Assembly: GCF_000014265.1 (NCBI RefSeq) | Contig: NC_008312.1 | Span: 7,140,001-7,172,000, forward strand | Direction of reading: 5' to 3' | DNA: 32,000 bases | DNA from: Trichodesmium erythraeum IMS101 | GTDB taxonomy: Bacteria > Cyanobacteriota > Cyanobacteriia > Cyanobacteriales > Microcoleaceae | Shown here: positions 18,085 to 27,560 of the stretch, in pieces | Numbering within the stretch: position 1 is the first letter of the stretch | How the letters are laid out: the number at the start of each line of letters is the position of its first letter | Program-made: the position numbers and the translations under genes | Notes under the pieces: generated by a model | Databases searched by the model: none | Seen by the model: the letters and a program-made list of their open reading frames with translations, nothing else | What the model was told of the DNA's origin: nothing

Positions 18085-18250
18085 CATTGACATCCTCCCA
18101 GGCCTAAAGACACGGGAATTACTACTGAGCCCTAGCTCCTCGGGAGGTTGACGTTTCCTTGACTGCTTCACTCACCCTTTTTGGGGGTAGGTTAAGCTGA
18201 CCTCCACGTCCATTTAATACCTCGGACTGCCCGCCCGCGACTAATATATC
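18085..18250 (-). ncRNA. GC-rich structured segment. Candidate surviving TnpB omega-RNA/right-end scaffold, or alternatively the omp85 leader
   Basis: This is the most GC-rich stretch of the window. A 12-bp hairpin forms between 18166-18177 and 18185-18196 (2 mismatches, 7-nt loop). Three segments can pair in mutually exclusive ways: plus-strand CCTCCC 18094-18099, GGGAGGT 18142-18148 and ACCTCC 18200-18205. It overlaps the last about 43 codons of the TnpB reading frame, whose stop is at 18122-18124. Confidence 0.35.
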
Positions 18251-19393
18251 TATTGCTTTATGTTTATCTACGGTAGTTTTTGTATTAGTTGTTTAAGAAA
18301 TTCCTATTCTCTAACTGAAAGGTCTAACTTATCGCCTATAAACCTAAAGTATAAAAAAGTTTGAGATTTTAATTCTCAACGACTAATTACTTTTAAATCA
18401 CGACCGTATTTTTTTGTTTTTCCTTCCTTATAAAAAATTCCTACATGTTATTCAACATATCATCAGATACCTAACCCTTTTGCTCCCCTTCTAGAAGGAG
18501 ATGGGAATGGGTTGCAATGTTTACCATACTAAAAATATTCCAAGATTTCAAAAAAATTGTTTAGTTTTTACTGGTTTTTACCAATTATTTCAGTAGATAA
18601 TTTATGCAGAAATTCTGTCCTTATCTATTTTGATTTTGTTTTAAATTTATCCCTCCTAATTCGTGCATTTTCATATTATTTAGACACCCTAGTTTCGTGA
18701 GAAAAAGACTTGCTTAATGTTCAACACTTCTCAATCCGTTTTTTCAACAGTTTTGGGGTATCAATTTTTTGATCATGTACGGACATTTTATGCAATATCC
18801 CTACCGTAATCTATACCTACTGAATTATCAGTTTGAGGTAAGTTTTCTGGATTTATTTATACTATAAAAATTCAGAAATATCTATCAGCTTAGTTTTTAA
18901 TAATAGTAGCTTATAATGGTTCACTAGGCAACTCAAAAAAGCCAAATATTTTGAGTTTGTCAACTTTAGCTACATAGACTTTATGTTGATTAAACTTAAA
19001 CCCTCCTTTTGTAAACATTGGCGTTGGTGCATGACTTTCTAGTTTTGAATTTAGGAGGTAAAATATATCTACTTTTCCTCTCACCTTTGGTTGACTTAGA
19101 AAAGCTTTTATCAGCTTAGTTTAAATCATTCAAAGATTGCTACAAAGGCGCTGCAAAGATGTAGCAGAAACTTCTGATAACCATTCTCTATTTTCAGTCT
19201 TTTTAGTTTGAGTAATAAACTGTTTTTGTGGCGAGGGAGTTAGCAGGTTTTTTCTCTCCTAAATTGTGTTTTTTCAAGCCAGAAAGCTAAACTGTCATTC
19301 CAGAAAACACGAACAGAACCAAATAGCTTGGCCAATCGGTATTTTTGTCCCATTATTTGGATATGTGCAATGCTTAAATTTAGCTTTCATCAT
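18122..19393 (-). pseudogene. tnpB: TnpB (IS200/IS605-family, IS1341-like accessory nuclease), heavily degraded
   Basis: Minus-strand fragments appear in the order of an intact TnpB. The N-terminus is MMKAKFKHCTYPN then, after a frameshift, GQKYRLAKLFGSVRVFWNDSLAFW, matching the K(F/Y)R.YP...Q...L...FG..R.V.N..L pattern. Next comes QKFLLHLCSAFVAIFE. The RuvC-I block VGIDYGRDIA lies at 18791-18820. The C-terminus reads TVDKHKAIDILVAGGQSEVLNGRGG...VKETSTSRGARAQ*, comparable with D.NAA.NIL..G. Many stops and frameshifts are present, no ORF exceeds 60 aa on this strand, and no tnpA is adjacent. Confidence 0.7.
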
Positions 19394-19518
19394 AAGAATT
19401 TAAGAATAACATTTAGAATGACATATTTATTCAAACAGAATCAACTAAAAAGTTACCCTAAAAGGGCAATGCTTCAGACCCAGTTTTTATGTAGAATTGT
19501 ACACTGTTGAGGGTTCTC

Positions 19519-20247
19519 TCAACCTTGATGAGCTAAAATCCTTTCTAGGACTTGTTGATACCCAGTTTCTACTTTACCAAGATCCCGACGAAATCGGTCT
19601 TTGTCCATAACTCGCTGGTTTGGGTCGGTTTGATATTGGTCCCAAAGTCGGCAGCTATCTGGACTTATTTCATCCGCTAGAATTAGATTCTCATGCTTAT
19701 CTAGGCCAAATTCGATTTTGAAGTCCACAAGAGTAATTTGGCACTGGTTAAAGAAATTTATCAGAATATCATTAATTTTCACCGCAAAAGTTCGTATTTG
19801 CTCTAATTGTTCTGGGGTAGCTAATTCTAGTATTAAGAGGCGATCGCGTGTCAGAAGTGGGTCTTGTAGAGTATCATTTTTGTAACAATATTCTACTAAG
19901 GGAAATTTCAAGATAGTTCCTTCTGTTAAGAGAGTTTGTCTGCAAAGACTACCAGCAGCAATATTTCTCACAATGACTTCTATTGGTAGAATTTTCACCC
20001 TTCGGACTCGCATTTTATCTGATGCGGGACAATCAATAAAATGAGTAGGTATCTCATTAGTTTCTAATAGTTTAAATATATGACTGGAAATAGTACAGTT
20101 AATCTTACCTTTCCCTGTTATTGTGCCTTTTTTTTGAGCATTAAATGCTGTAGCATCATCTTTAAAATAAGTTAGCAATATTTCTGGATCGTCAGTAGTA
20201 TAGAGAATTTTAGCTTTACCTTCGTAAAGTTTTTGATGAGATGACAT
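19519..20247 (-). CDS. purC: Phosphoribosylaminoimidazole-succinocarboxamide (SAICAR) synthase
   Basis: 242 aa. LYEGKAKILY, FKDDATAFNAQKKGTI.GKG, RNIAAGS and LADEISPDSCRLWD are the classic PurC blocks. Confidence 0.9.
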   Translation of the reverse strand: MSSHQKLYEGKAKILYTTDDPEILLTYFKDDATAFNAQKKGTITGKGKINCTISSHIFKLLETNEIPTHFIDCPASDKMRVRRVKILPIEVIVRNIAAGSLCRQTLLTEGTILKFPLVEYCYKNDTLQDPLLTRDRLLILELATPEQLEQIRTFAVKINDILINFFNQCQITLVDFKIEFGLDKHENLILADEISPDSCRLWDQYQTDPNQRVMDKDRFRRDLGKVETGYQQVLERILAHQG

Positions 20248-20785
20248 AAAATTTTTGACTAAAGAATAAAAATAGAGTAGTGATAAAAAATTAGTATGAA
20301 GCTATCATATTATGAATTTAATGTCAATATTTTGACAGAGATTTTAGAGCCACATAATGTTTTGATTTTGATGTAGAGTTTATGTAACAAAGAATAAGTT
20401 AGAGAAAAAAAATACTATACCCCATTAACTTGAGTTCCACTATTTATAGTAAGCACCATTACAGTCATTATTTAACTATACAAGGTTTGAGTTGTGGTAT
20501 GTAGTGTAAGAATTTAAGGCCTATACAAAATATGTAATTAATTATGTAATTAATTCTGTGTACTTGTTTAGTTTATTGCTAAGTTATTTTTGTGGGTCCA
20601 TTATGACTAAAATAGGGACAAAAAAACATAGATGACAGCATCAAAAGAAAATATCTTGTTCAATGGACAGATAACAACATTTGATTAAATAAAATTAATA
20701 TTAAATGTCATGTCTTAGGTCATCTTTTCTGAGAGGATAAATAAGAAAAGTAAGATATTGTGAAATCATAATTGAAGAGTAGAAA

Positions 20786-21196
20786 ATGAAACACATGATG
20801 AGTTGGACAAAATCTGTAGCAATGAGTACTATTATATCTATTGCTGCTGTTTCTGGTATTAGTCTTACTTCTACAGCAGCAGTATCATCTCAAAAGACTC
20901 CCATTGTTGATGAGTCAGTAACTAAAGTTCCTGCTGAAACTAAAGCAGAAGATAAACTCGCTCACCGATATCATGGTAGGTATCATGGCGGGTCTTATAG
21001 GAGATCTTATGGCAGGTGTCGTCGAGTAACAACTCGTTACAAAAATTTGCGGGTGAGAACATATCCTTGGGGTCGGGTTATAAATGCATTATATCCTGGT
21101 ACCCATGTCCGTGTTACTGGTTACCATGATGGTTGGGCAAGAATTTCATATCCTTGTTATGGTTATGTATATGCTAGTTATTTGAGACATTGCTAG
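20786..21196 (+). CDS. Small secreted protein with a C-terminal bacterial SH3 (SH3b) domain
   Basis: It has an N-terminal signal-like hydrophobic segment (AMSTIISIAAVSGISLTSTAA). A basic R/Y/H/G-rich linker follows. The end is an SH3b-like block, LRVRTYPWGRVINALYPGTHVRVTGYHDGWARISYPCYGYVYASYL. Confidence 0.6.
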   Translation: MKHMMSWTKSVAMSTIISIAAVSGISLTSTAAVSSQKTPIVDESVTKVPAETKAEDKLAHRYHGRYHGGSYRRSYGRCRRVTTRYKNLRVRTYPWGRVINALYPGTHVRVTGYHDGWARISYPCYGYVYASYLRHC

Positions 21197-21460
21197 ACAT
21201 TAATTATCTTATCTATCTTAAAAAGAGGCGATCGCGGATGAGTGAGAGATATTAGAAAAATAATCTGCATCTTTACCGCGATCACTTAACTATTGTTAAT
21301 TTCCTAAATCAAAACAAAAGTAGTTAAGCATTAATCAAAACCATAATTTTCTATCTTTAATACAGAAATAATAACTCAATATAAATCAAAAAAAATACCT
21401 GTAACTGTGCCAAAATTTTTCACAAAAAAACAGGTAAAGTTTACTGTATCTAAATTAATT

Positions 21461-21500
21461 AGGATTTACGCAAAGAAACCCGGTTTCTACGATAAATCCT
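21461..21500. repeat. 40-bp mini palindromic element of the TTACGCA / GAAACCCGGTTTC family
   Basis: The sequence is AGGATTTACGCAAAGAAACCCGGTTTCTACGATAAATCCT, with imperfect inverted ends and a central GAAACCCGGTTTC palindrome. Related pieces occur at 21515-21540 (GAGAAACTGGGTTTTTGGGTT), 22628-22650 (AAAACCGGGTTTATT), 23627-23651 (AAACTGGGTTTCTTTGTGTAAGTCCT) and 23715-23726 (TGTGTAAGTCCT). Confidence 0.6.
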
Positions 21501-21687
21501 TGTTTTGAGCAATAGATGTCTACGAGAAACTGGGTTTTTGGGTTCACCTGCATAACTGCTGTTAATCAAATAATTTCAGAATGCTAAGAATTCTATCAAA
21601 AAAACTTTGCTGACAAGACCAATATACAATCAATAATAATAAAGTAGCTCAAATGCAAACTATTAAAAAAAAAGAAAGAAGTGAAAA

Positions 21688-22569
21688 ATGAGCGATTCAA
21701 TTATTGAATTACTGAATGAACTACCAAGTGATAATTTAACGGTAAAAACACTCAATGCTCTAGATTTTGTAGTTCCGGGAGAGTGGGAAAACGTAATAGG
21801 TTTTCACCAAACTATTGAAATAATTACAGGGGAGTCTGATGCAGACAGAATTCTAGATATCGGCAACAAAGCGCTCGAACTATACAATGACGGGGATAAT
21901 GGATACCAGGGAGCTATGTGGTATTACAACCTAGTTGATAATGTAGACAGCGCCCTTGCTGCAGCAGCTATGGCCGAAATAGTCAGTGAAAAAATCCCCT
22001 TTTTAAGCTTTTTAGGTGGCTTAACTCCCAAAGCTGACACCATTCAATCTGTTGACCTGTGCCTAAAAATTGTAGCAGAATTGATAGCTTATAGTAAACT
22101 TAATGGCCTGCCCATTCTTCAGCCAGGAGAATTTGTCACAAACCTAACTGAGGAATATAGTGGTCCATCTCTAATGCGAATGGCAGCTTTAGTTTCTCTT
22201 GATGGTTTAATACCTTTGGGTCCAGACTTCCTGCAAAAAGTACAAGATACCCTTGACGGAGAGGGTGAAAGTGCTTTTGCAGGTAATGCAGTTTTTGGAG
22301 CAATTAGCGATGCTATTCCTGGAGATGACAAATTTGGCTTTATTACTAATACTTTTGGAGCTGTTCAAGGATGGATGGATAACTTGGTCGGGTCAGTTGG
22401 TTTAACGCCAGAAAGTATTTTTGGCAGTATTGGTGGCTTTATCGACTTTTCCGATGACGCTTTAGATATTGTAGCTGCATTTCTAGATAAGACTACAACC
22501 TACTTCAAGCATACAGGCACTCAGTCCGTTGCTCGAAAGTTGATGCAGCGTGCAGCAGAAGAAGTATAG
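21688..22569 (+). CDS. Hypothetical acidic soluble protein, function unknown
   Basis: 293-aa ORF with clean codon structure and visibly higher GC than the flanks. It is D/E/G/A-rich, has no transmembrane segment, and has no motif I can assign. The antisense ORF 22119..22331 is a shadow. Confidence 0.6.
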   Translation: MSDSIIELLNELPSDNLTVKTLNALDFVVPGEWENVIGFHQTIEIITGESDADRILDIGNKALELYNDGDNGYQGAMWYYNLVDNVDSALAAAAMAEIVSEKIPFLSFLGGLTPKADTIQSVDLCLKIVAELIAYSKLNGLPILQPGEFVTNLTEEYSGPSLMRMAALVSLDGLIPLGPDFLQKVQDTLDGEGESAFAGNAVFGAISDAIPGDDKFGFITNTFGAVQGWMDNLVGSVGLTPESIFGSIGGFIDFSDDALDIVAAFLDKTTTYFKHTGTQSVARKLMQRAAEEV

Positions 22570-22870
22570 ATTTAACGAGGTTGTATCAAAGTTGGTTTCA
22601 TAATAGTCAAGACTTATGTAAACAACCAAAAAACCGGGTTTATTGCCCTAATTATTACGCGGTTTGCAGCTTTATCTGAAAATACCAAGGCTTATAGATA
22701 TAAGGCTAAAAAGGTTATTTTCAGAACTCCCTAAATTTCGTAAGTTAGGAAAAGTTGTACATCGCGTTAATTATTGTCTGTCAAACAACAAATTTTGGTG
22801 GATAAAACTGATTTCTGTCTAAGTCGTGACTATTTTTTGTAATTTACTCATTCAGTTTATAGAAAGGAAA

Positions 22871-23053
22871 ATGAGCAATCAATATACGGGGTTCACTGAG
22901 TATTACGATATGTGGGTTACTTCTGGTTATTATGACTACCAGAATATCGCTAAGGAAATACATTCTTGTATTGGGAATGGTTGTCAGACGCTTCGCCATT
23001 TACAAAAAGCAATAGTTAACTTTTATCCGGAAAACTTCCTTGCTCAAGCTTAG
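22871..23053 (+). pseudogene. N-terminal stub of a class I SAM-dependent methyltransferase (truncated)
   Basis: MSNQYTGFTEYYDMWVTSGYYDYQNIAKEIHSCIG resembles the common Y..FA..YD.......DY......I start of small-molecule methyltransferases. The GxGxG SAM-binding motif that should follow is missing, and the frame ends after 60 aa. Confidence 0.35.
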
Positions 23054-23072
23054 TAATGTAAAAAGACTATCC

Positions 23073-23583
23073 ATGACCATTTCCATTCAGCCGGTTAGTA
23101 CCTCTGAGCAACTAAACCTTTGTTACCAGATGCAAACAGCAATCTTTCATCACGAACTAAATTTGTTGGGGATGCAGATACCGGACAACTATGATCGCTT
23201 ATCACTTTATGTGCAAATTATTGACTCTAAAGTTGTTGTTGGAACTTACCGAATTGTCCCTAATACATCTCTTGGATTACCAATAGAAGAAACTGGATTT
23301 AACTTTAACCAAATTGATCAAAATAAGGTCTGTGAAATGTCACGCCTAGTCTTAGTAAAAGAAAATTGAGGTAAAATTCCTTTTAGCAAGGTTTTTTCTT
23401 TTGCTCGTAAGGTTGCTAAAGAGCATTACAATGCTTCTACTCTAGTTGTTGCCATTCTATCACAATTTGTCTCTATTGAAGCGGTATGGTTTCTCAAGGG
23501 TGGGAGAAGCACTATATGATCCAACTCTTAAGTCTACCGACAAGAAAGAGTCAGTAATTATCCCCATGCAAATGCCTATTTAA
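23073..23583 (+). pseudogene. GNAT-fold N-acyltransferase (N-acyl amino acid synthase/FeeM-like) with one in-frame TGA and one frameshift
   Basis: The frame reads MTISIQPVSTSEQLNLCYQMQTAIFHHELNLLG...GTYRIVPNTSLGLPIEETGF...CEMSRLVLVKEN then TGA (23367-23369). It continues in frame as GKIPFSKVFSFARKVAKEHYNASTLVVAILS. After a frameshift near 23460 it reads HNLSLLKRYGFSRVGEALYDPTLKSTDKKESVIIPMQMPI*. The layout Y R(I/L)VP ... E.SRL.V.K..RG ... L..L..YGF is typical of this acyltransferase group. Confidence 0.5.
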
Positions 23584-23888
23584 CAAGCAATGTTTCTGAT
23601 AAAGATGGACTTCAGCAAAACAAAAAAACTGGGTTTCTTTGTGTAAGTCCTAATAATGTGGTATTTGCCAGTTCTGCAAATATTTTCAAGACTTAAGCGA
23701 AATGACCTATTTCTGTGTAAGTCCTGTTCAAAAAAATAGCATTGGATATGGCGTTACTGTGATAATATAAAATATTAGCCTTTTTACAGTAAAATTATGC
23801 TCCTCAATAATTTTAGGAGTGCAGTTTTCTGTTGGTTATCAAATAAAGTCAGTAGACCTATACATATAGCACCTGCCAGGTACTAATT

Positions 23889-26000
23889 ATGAATGATTCA
23901 ATTCGCTTTCTCTTATGTGCCCCTGACCACTATGATGTGGACTATGTAATTAATCCTTGGATGGAGGGCAACATCCATAAATCCTCGCGCGATCGCTCTG
24001 TCGAACAATGGTATAAACTCCACGACATTATCAAAGAACACGCTATTGTAGACCTAGTAACACCCCAAAAAGGTTGGCCTGATATGGTATTTACTGCCAA
24101 TGCAGGTCTAGTTCTAGGAAAGACAGTAGTTCTGAGTCGTTTCTACCACAAAGAACGCCAAGGAGAAGAACCCCACTTCAAAGAATGGTTCCTCAGCCAA
24201 GGTTTCATCGTTCACGAACTCCCCAAAGACCTGCCCTTTGAAGGAGCAGGGGATGCTCTCCTAGACAGAGAAGGTCGTTATCTCTGGGCAGGATATGGTT
24301 TCCGTTCGGAATTAGACTCTCACCCACTTTTGGCAAAATGGCTTGATATTGAAGTGCTATCCCTGCGACTCATAGACGAGCGTTTCTATCACCTCGATAC
24401 TTGCTTCTGTCCTCTAACTGGCGGTTACTTACTCTATTATCCACCCGCATTCGACTCTTATTCTAATCGTCTAATTGAAATGCGAGTACCCCCAGAAAAA
24501 CGGATTATAGTAGCAGAAGCAGATGCAGTGAACTTTGCTTGCAATGCAGTTAATATTAATCAAACCATTATAATGAACAAGGTTAGTGATGACTTGAAAT
24601 CAGGTATTACTGAAGCAGGTTTCAAGATCATAGAAACACCTCTAACTGAATTCCTCAAAGCAGGTGGTGCAGCTAAATGTCTCACTCTTCGAGTCACAGA
24701 ACCAATTATACCAGATAGCTATGCCAGTGTACAGGTCGAAAGTCGCACTATTCGCATGGAAGGACATTTGCTTGATGCTGGCTTAATTAACCAAGCTTTA
24801 GACTTAATAGTTGAAGGTGGTGGTAGTTTTAAAGTCCTTAACTTTAATCTGGGAGAACAACGTCAAAGCACTTCCCTTGCTGAAGTCAAAGTTTCTGCCC
24901 CATCCCATGGAATCATGGAAGAAATAATGAGCCAGCTTATTGATATCGGTGCAGTAATTCCTACTGAAAATGTTCAGGATGCTAAATTGGAGCCAGTAGA
25001 ACAAGATGGTGTAGCTCCTGATGATTTTTATGTTACTACTATTTATCCCACTGAAGTTAGAGTAAAAGGTCAGTGGATACAGGTACAAAATCAAAGAATG
25101 GATGGAGCGATAGCTATTACGGAAGCCGATGGTCATATTCAAGCTAAATGCAAGGTGATAAGGGATCTAAAAATTGACGAAAAAGCAGTTGTGGATGTGG
25201 CAGGTATACGCACTATTCGTAAAACTGAATCCCGTGAAAAACGAAATAAAGAAGAGTTCAGTTTTATGTCTGCTGGTGTTTCTAGTGAACGTCGTGTAGA
25301 ATTAGTAGTTGAACAAGTAGCTTGGGAATTACGGCAAATACGCGATCGCGGAGGCAAAGTAGTAGTGACCGCAGGACCAGTTGTTATTCATACTGGCGGT
25401 AGCAAGCATTTAGCAAGTTTGATTCGTCAGGGATATGTACAAGCTTTGTTAGGTGGTAATGCGATCGCAGTTCACGATATTGAACAATCACTAATGGGAA
25501 CTTCTCTCGGTGTAGATATGACACAGGGAGTTGCTGTTCATGGTGGACACCGACATCATTTGAATACTATTAATACTATTCGGCGTTGTGGTAGTATTGC
25601 TACAGCAGTAGAGAAGGGCGTTCTGACGAATGGGGTGATGTATGAGTGTGTTAAAAATAATGTGCCGTTTGTTTTAGCTGGTTCAATTCGTGATGACGGA
25701 CCTTTACCTGATACTCAGATGGATTTGATTAAGGCACAAGAAGAATACACTGAGTTGTTGAAAGGTGTTGACATGGTTTTGATGTTGTCAACTATGTTGC
25801 ATTCTATTGGGGTAGGGAATATGACACCTGCTGGAGTGAAGATGGTTTGTGTAGATATTAATCCAGCAGTGGTGACTAAATTGAGTGATCGAGGTTCCGT
25901 TGAGTCTATAGGTGTGGTGACAGATGTTGGTTTATTCCTCAGTTTATTGATAACACAATTGGATCAGTTGACCAGTCCTTATTTTGTAGGAAAAGTGTAA
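23889..26000 (+). CDS. argZ: Bifunctional arginine dihydrolase / ornithine-ammonia cyclase (ArgZ, also called AgrE)
   Basis: 703 aa. The N-terminal guanidino-modifying (amidinotransferase-fold) domain starts IRFLLCAPDHYDVDYVINPWMEGNIHKSS and ends near GGAAKCLTLRV, which carries the catalytic Cys. The C-terminal half is LOR/SDH-like. Size and two-domain build match the cyanobacterial enzymes Sll1336 (ArgZ) and Alr4995 (AgrE) as I remember them. Confidence 0.82.
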   Translation: MNDSIRFLLCAPDHYDVDYVINPWMEGNIHKSSRDRSVEQWYKLHDIIKEHAIVDLVTPQKGWPDMVFTANAGLVLGKTVVLSRFYHKERQGEEPHFKEWFLSQGFIVHELPKDLPFEGAGDALLDREGRYLWAGYGFRSELDSHPLLAKWLDIEVLSLRLIDERFYHLDTCFCPLTGGYLLYYPPAFDSYSNRLIEMRVPPEKRIIVAEADAVNFACNAVNINQTIIMNKVSDDLKSGITEAGFKIIETPLTEFLKAGGAAKCLTLRVTEPIIPDSYASVQVESRTIRMEGHLLDAGLINQALDLIVEGGGSFKVLNFNLGEQRQSTSLAEVKVSAPSHGIMEEIMSQLIDIGAVIPTENVQDAKLEPVEQDGVAPDDFYVTTIYPTEVRVKGQWIQVQNQRMDGAIAITEADGHIQAKCKVIRDLKIDEKAVVDVAGIRTIRKTESREKRNKEEFSFMSAGVSSERRVELVVEQVAWELRQIRDRGGKVVVTAGPVVIHTGGSKHLASLIRQGYVQALLGGNAIAVHDIEQSLMGTSLGVDMTQGVAVHGGHRHHLNTINTIRRCGSIATAVEKGVLTNGVMYECVKNNVPFVLAGSIRDDGPLPDTQMDLIKAQEEYTELLKGVDMVLMLSTMLHSIGVGNMTPAGVKMVCVDINPAVVTKLSDRGSVESIGVVTDVGLFLSLLITQLDQLTSPYFVGKV

Positions 26001-27094
26001 GTTTAGGGTGATAGTAGGGTATAAGGGCTAAAGTTTTGAGCGAGCGAGCATTCTCTCGTTCCTAGAAGACATGAATAATTAGACTCGTAGTCGGACTTTA
26101 GTCCTAAAACCTACTATATTTTTGCCCAAGCTTAACTACAAACATAGATTTTAATTATAGCTAATTATCGAAACATCATGTAGCTTCCCAAATTTTGTGT
26201 TGAAGATCGATAATATTTATCTTCGCTGTCAATTTTCGACCTAGCTTTAATTAGCTTTTGCTATACTTTCCTTGGTTGTAGATAATAGCAGTAATCGTAT
26301 TTTTTCCCCCACGAAGTTTTTGTTCTTTGAGAAGCCTCCCCCGTTCATAACAGCTGGGAAAGATTTTAAAAAGGTGTTTCTACATTTAATCTAATTGGGC
26401 TAAGTAGATAGGTGTGAAAAAACTTAGCTATATTAAAATTTGTGTACTGACTCCAAGCTTCTGCACACAATTGATTTGAGGTTAATCTACATTGTGTTAC
26501 ATAGCGACAAATTTCAACACTAACCTACTTATATAGCAATCCTATCTGATCTGAAAAGTGAAAGAGATAGGCGACTAGAAGACACTTATGCTGAAAGCAG
26601 AAAACAAAAGGAGCAGGGGTTGGAGTTATTTTCAAGAAAACTAGCAATAAAACTAGCAATTGTCACTAATGATTTAGGATTACTATATATAAAATAGCTC
26701 ATTATCAATTCAAAGCTCAACTTAAAATTAAAATGCCACCTCCAGTGAATATTAAACAAGGAAAAGATACGATAAATAACTTTAAAAAAACTCCCAGAGC
26801 TAATTGAATATATGTTCAATAAAAATCAAAATTTGCTCAAAGATGCTCAACAAATCTGCTACTAGTATCAGTATGAAAGTCGTTTTAAATTAAAAACTAT
26901 TTCGAGGTAAAAAATAACCTCTTTTAGGGTAAAGCCTTTTGGAAAATAGCAATTGAAGTTTCTTTATCGATAGTTATACAGCTTAATAGAACTATCAACT
27001 GGTGAAAGTTTTTGTGGGGAATTTACTCATTTAAATAGTGTTTTTTTGATCATTTTTTATAATTATTTACAGGAAAGTTTAGCCATAAAATCTA

Positions 27095-27357
27095 CATAAT
27101 TAAACTAGATAATGGTAGACTGTATAAGGCTTTAAACTTAAATATTCCTAGACAATATTATTTGACTATTTCAACCTGCTTATAGCCAGAAAATTAATCC
27201 AATTGAGAAGTTATACCAATACATTAAGAAATATTTGAGGTGAATTAAATTTGACAACATAGAGGAGTTAAAAAATGCTCTGACTAAAAGTTTAAATAAG
27301 TTAACCCAAAAAGTGGTACATCAAATAAATGGATGGGAATTTATCGTTAATGCTTGA
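27095..27357 (+). pseudogene. C-terminal remnant of an IS630/Tc1-mariner-family transposase
   Basis: The frame reads IIKLDNGRLYKALNLNIPRQYYLTISTCL*. After a frameshift it reads QKINPIEKLYQYIKKYLR*IKFDNIEELKNALTKSLNKLTQKVVHQINGWEFIVNA*. This matches the family end pattern LDNA..H.......IP.NI.L.FLPPYSPELNPIE..W...K. No N-terminal part or inverted repeats were found. Confidence 0.6.
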
Positions 27358-27560
27358 TAAATAACCAATATTTAGGTTATTTCTATAGTACTATGGCCAA
27401 AATATATATTTTTTATACATTTTTTTACATCAAAAGAACCGCACCCATCTTCGTAATGCTATATAAGTACGAACAGAAATAAATTAACAACCAAAAGAAA
27501 CTGAGTTCTCTTGGTTGCTCCAAATTAAATATTATTTGGTAATCAAAAGTCTATAGAGAC

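Noticed and set aside
18085-18250. The GC-rich structured region as SRP (4.5S) RNA, 6S RNA, tmRNA, RNase P RNA or a known riboswitch
   Set aside because: GGUCAG and GAAGCAG resemble SRP domain IV superficially, but the invariant GGAAGGAAGCAGCC/GNRA-tetraloop context is absent. There is no RNase P GAGGAAAGUCC block, no tmRNA ends, and no B12 box or glutamine-riboswitch core. The location at the 3' end of a TnpB frame explains it better.
19328-19510. 60-aa plus-strand ORF
   Set aside because: It is antisense to the TnpB N-terminal remnant and the left-end region, and is most likely noise.
24804-25357. Minus-strand ORFs 24804..25142 and 25139..25357 inside argZ
   Set aside because: They are antisense shadows within a well-supported 703-aa gene.
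26200-26420. A possible additional IS630-type transposase fragment on the minus strand (..GKNTITAIIYNQGK..)
   Set aside because: The similarity to the family pattern is too weak and short to call without a database search.
26586-26819. 77-aa minus-strand ORF in the long gap after argZ
   Set aside because: It is AT-rich with a Phe/Ile/Asn/Ser-biased translation and is surrounded by IS630-like debris. I cannot support it as a gene.
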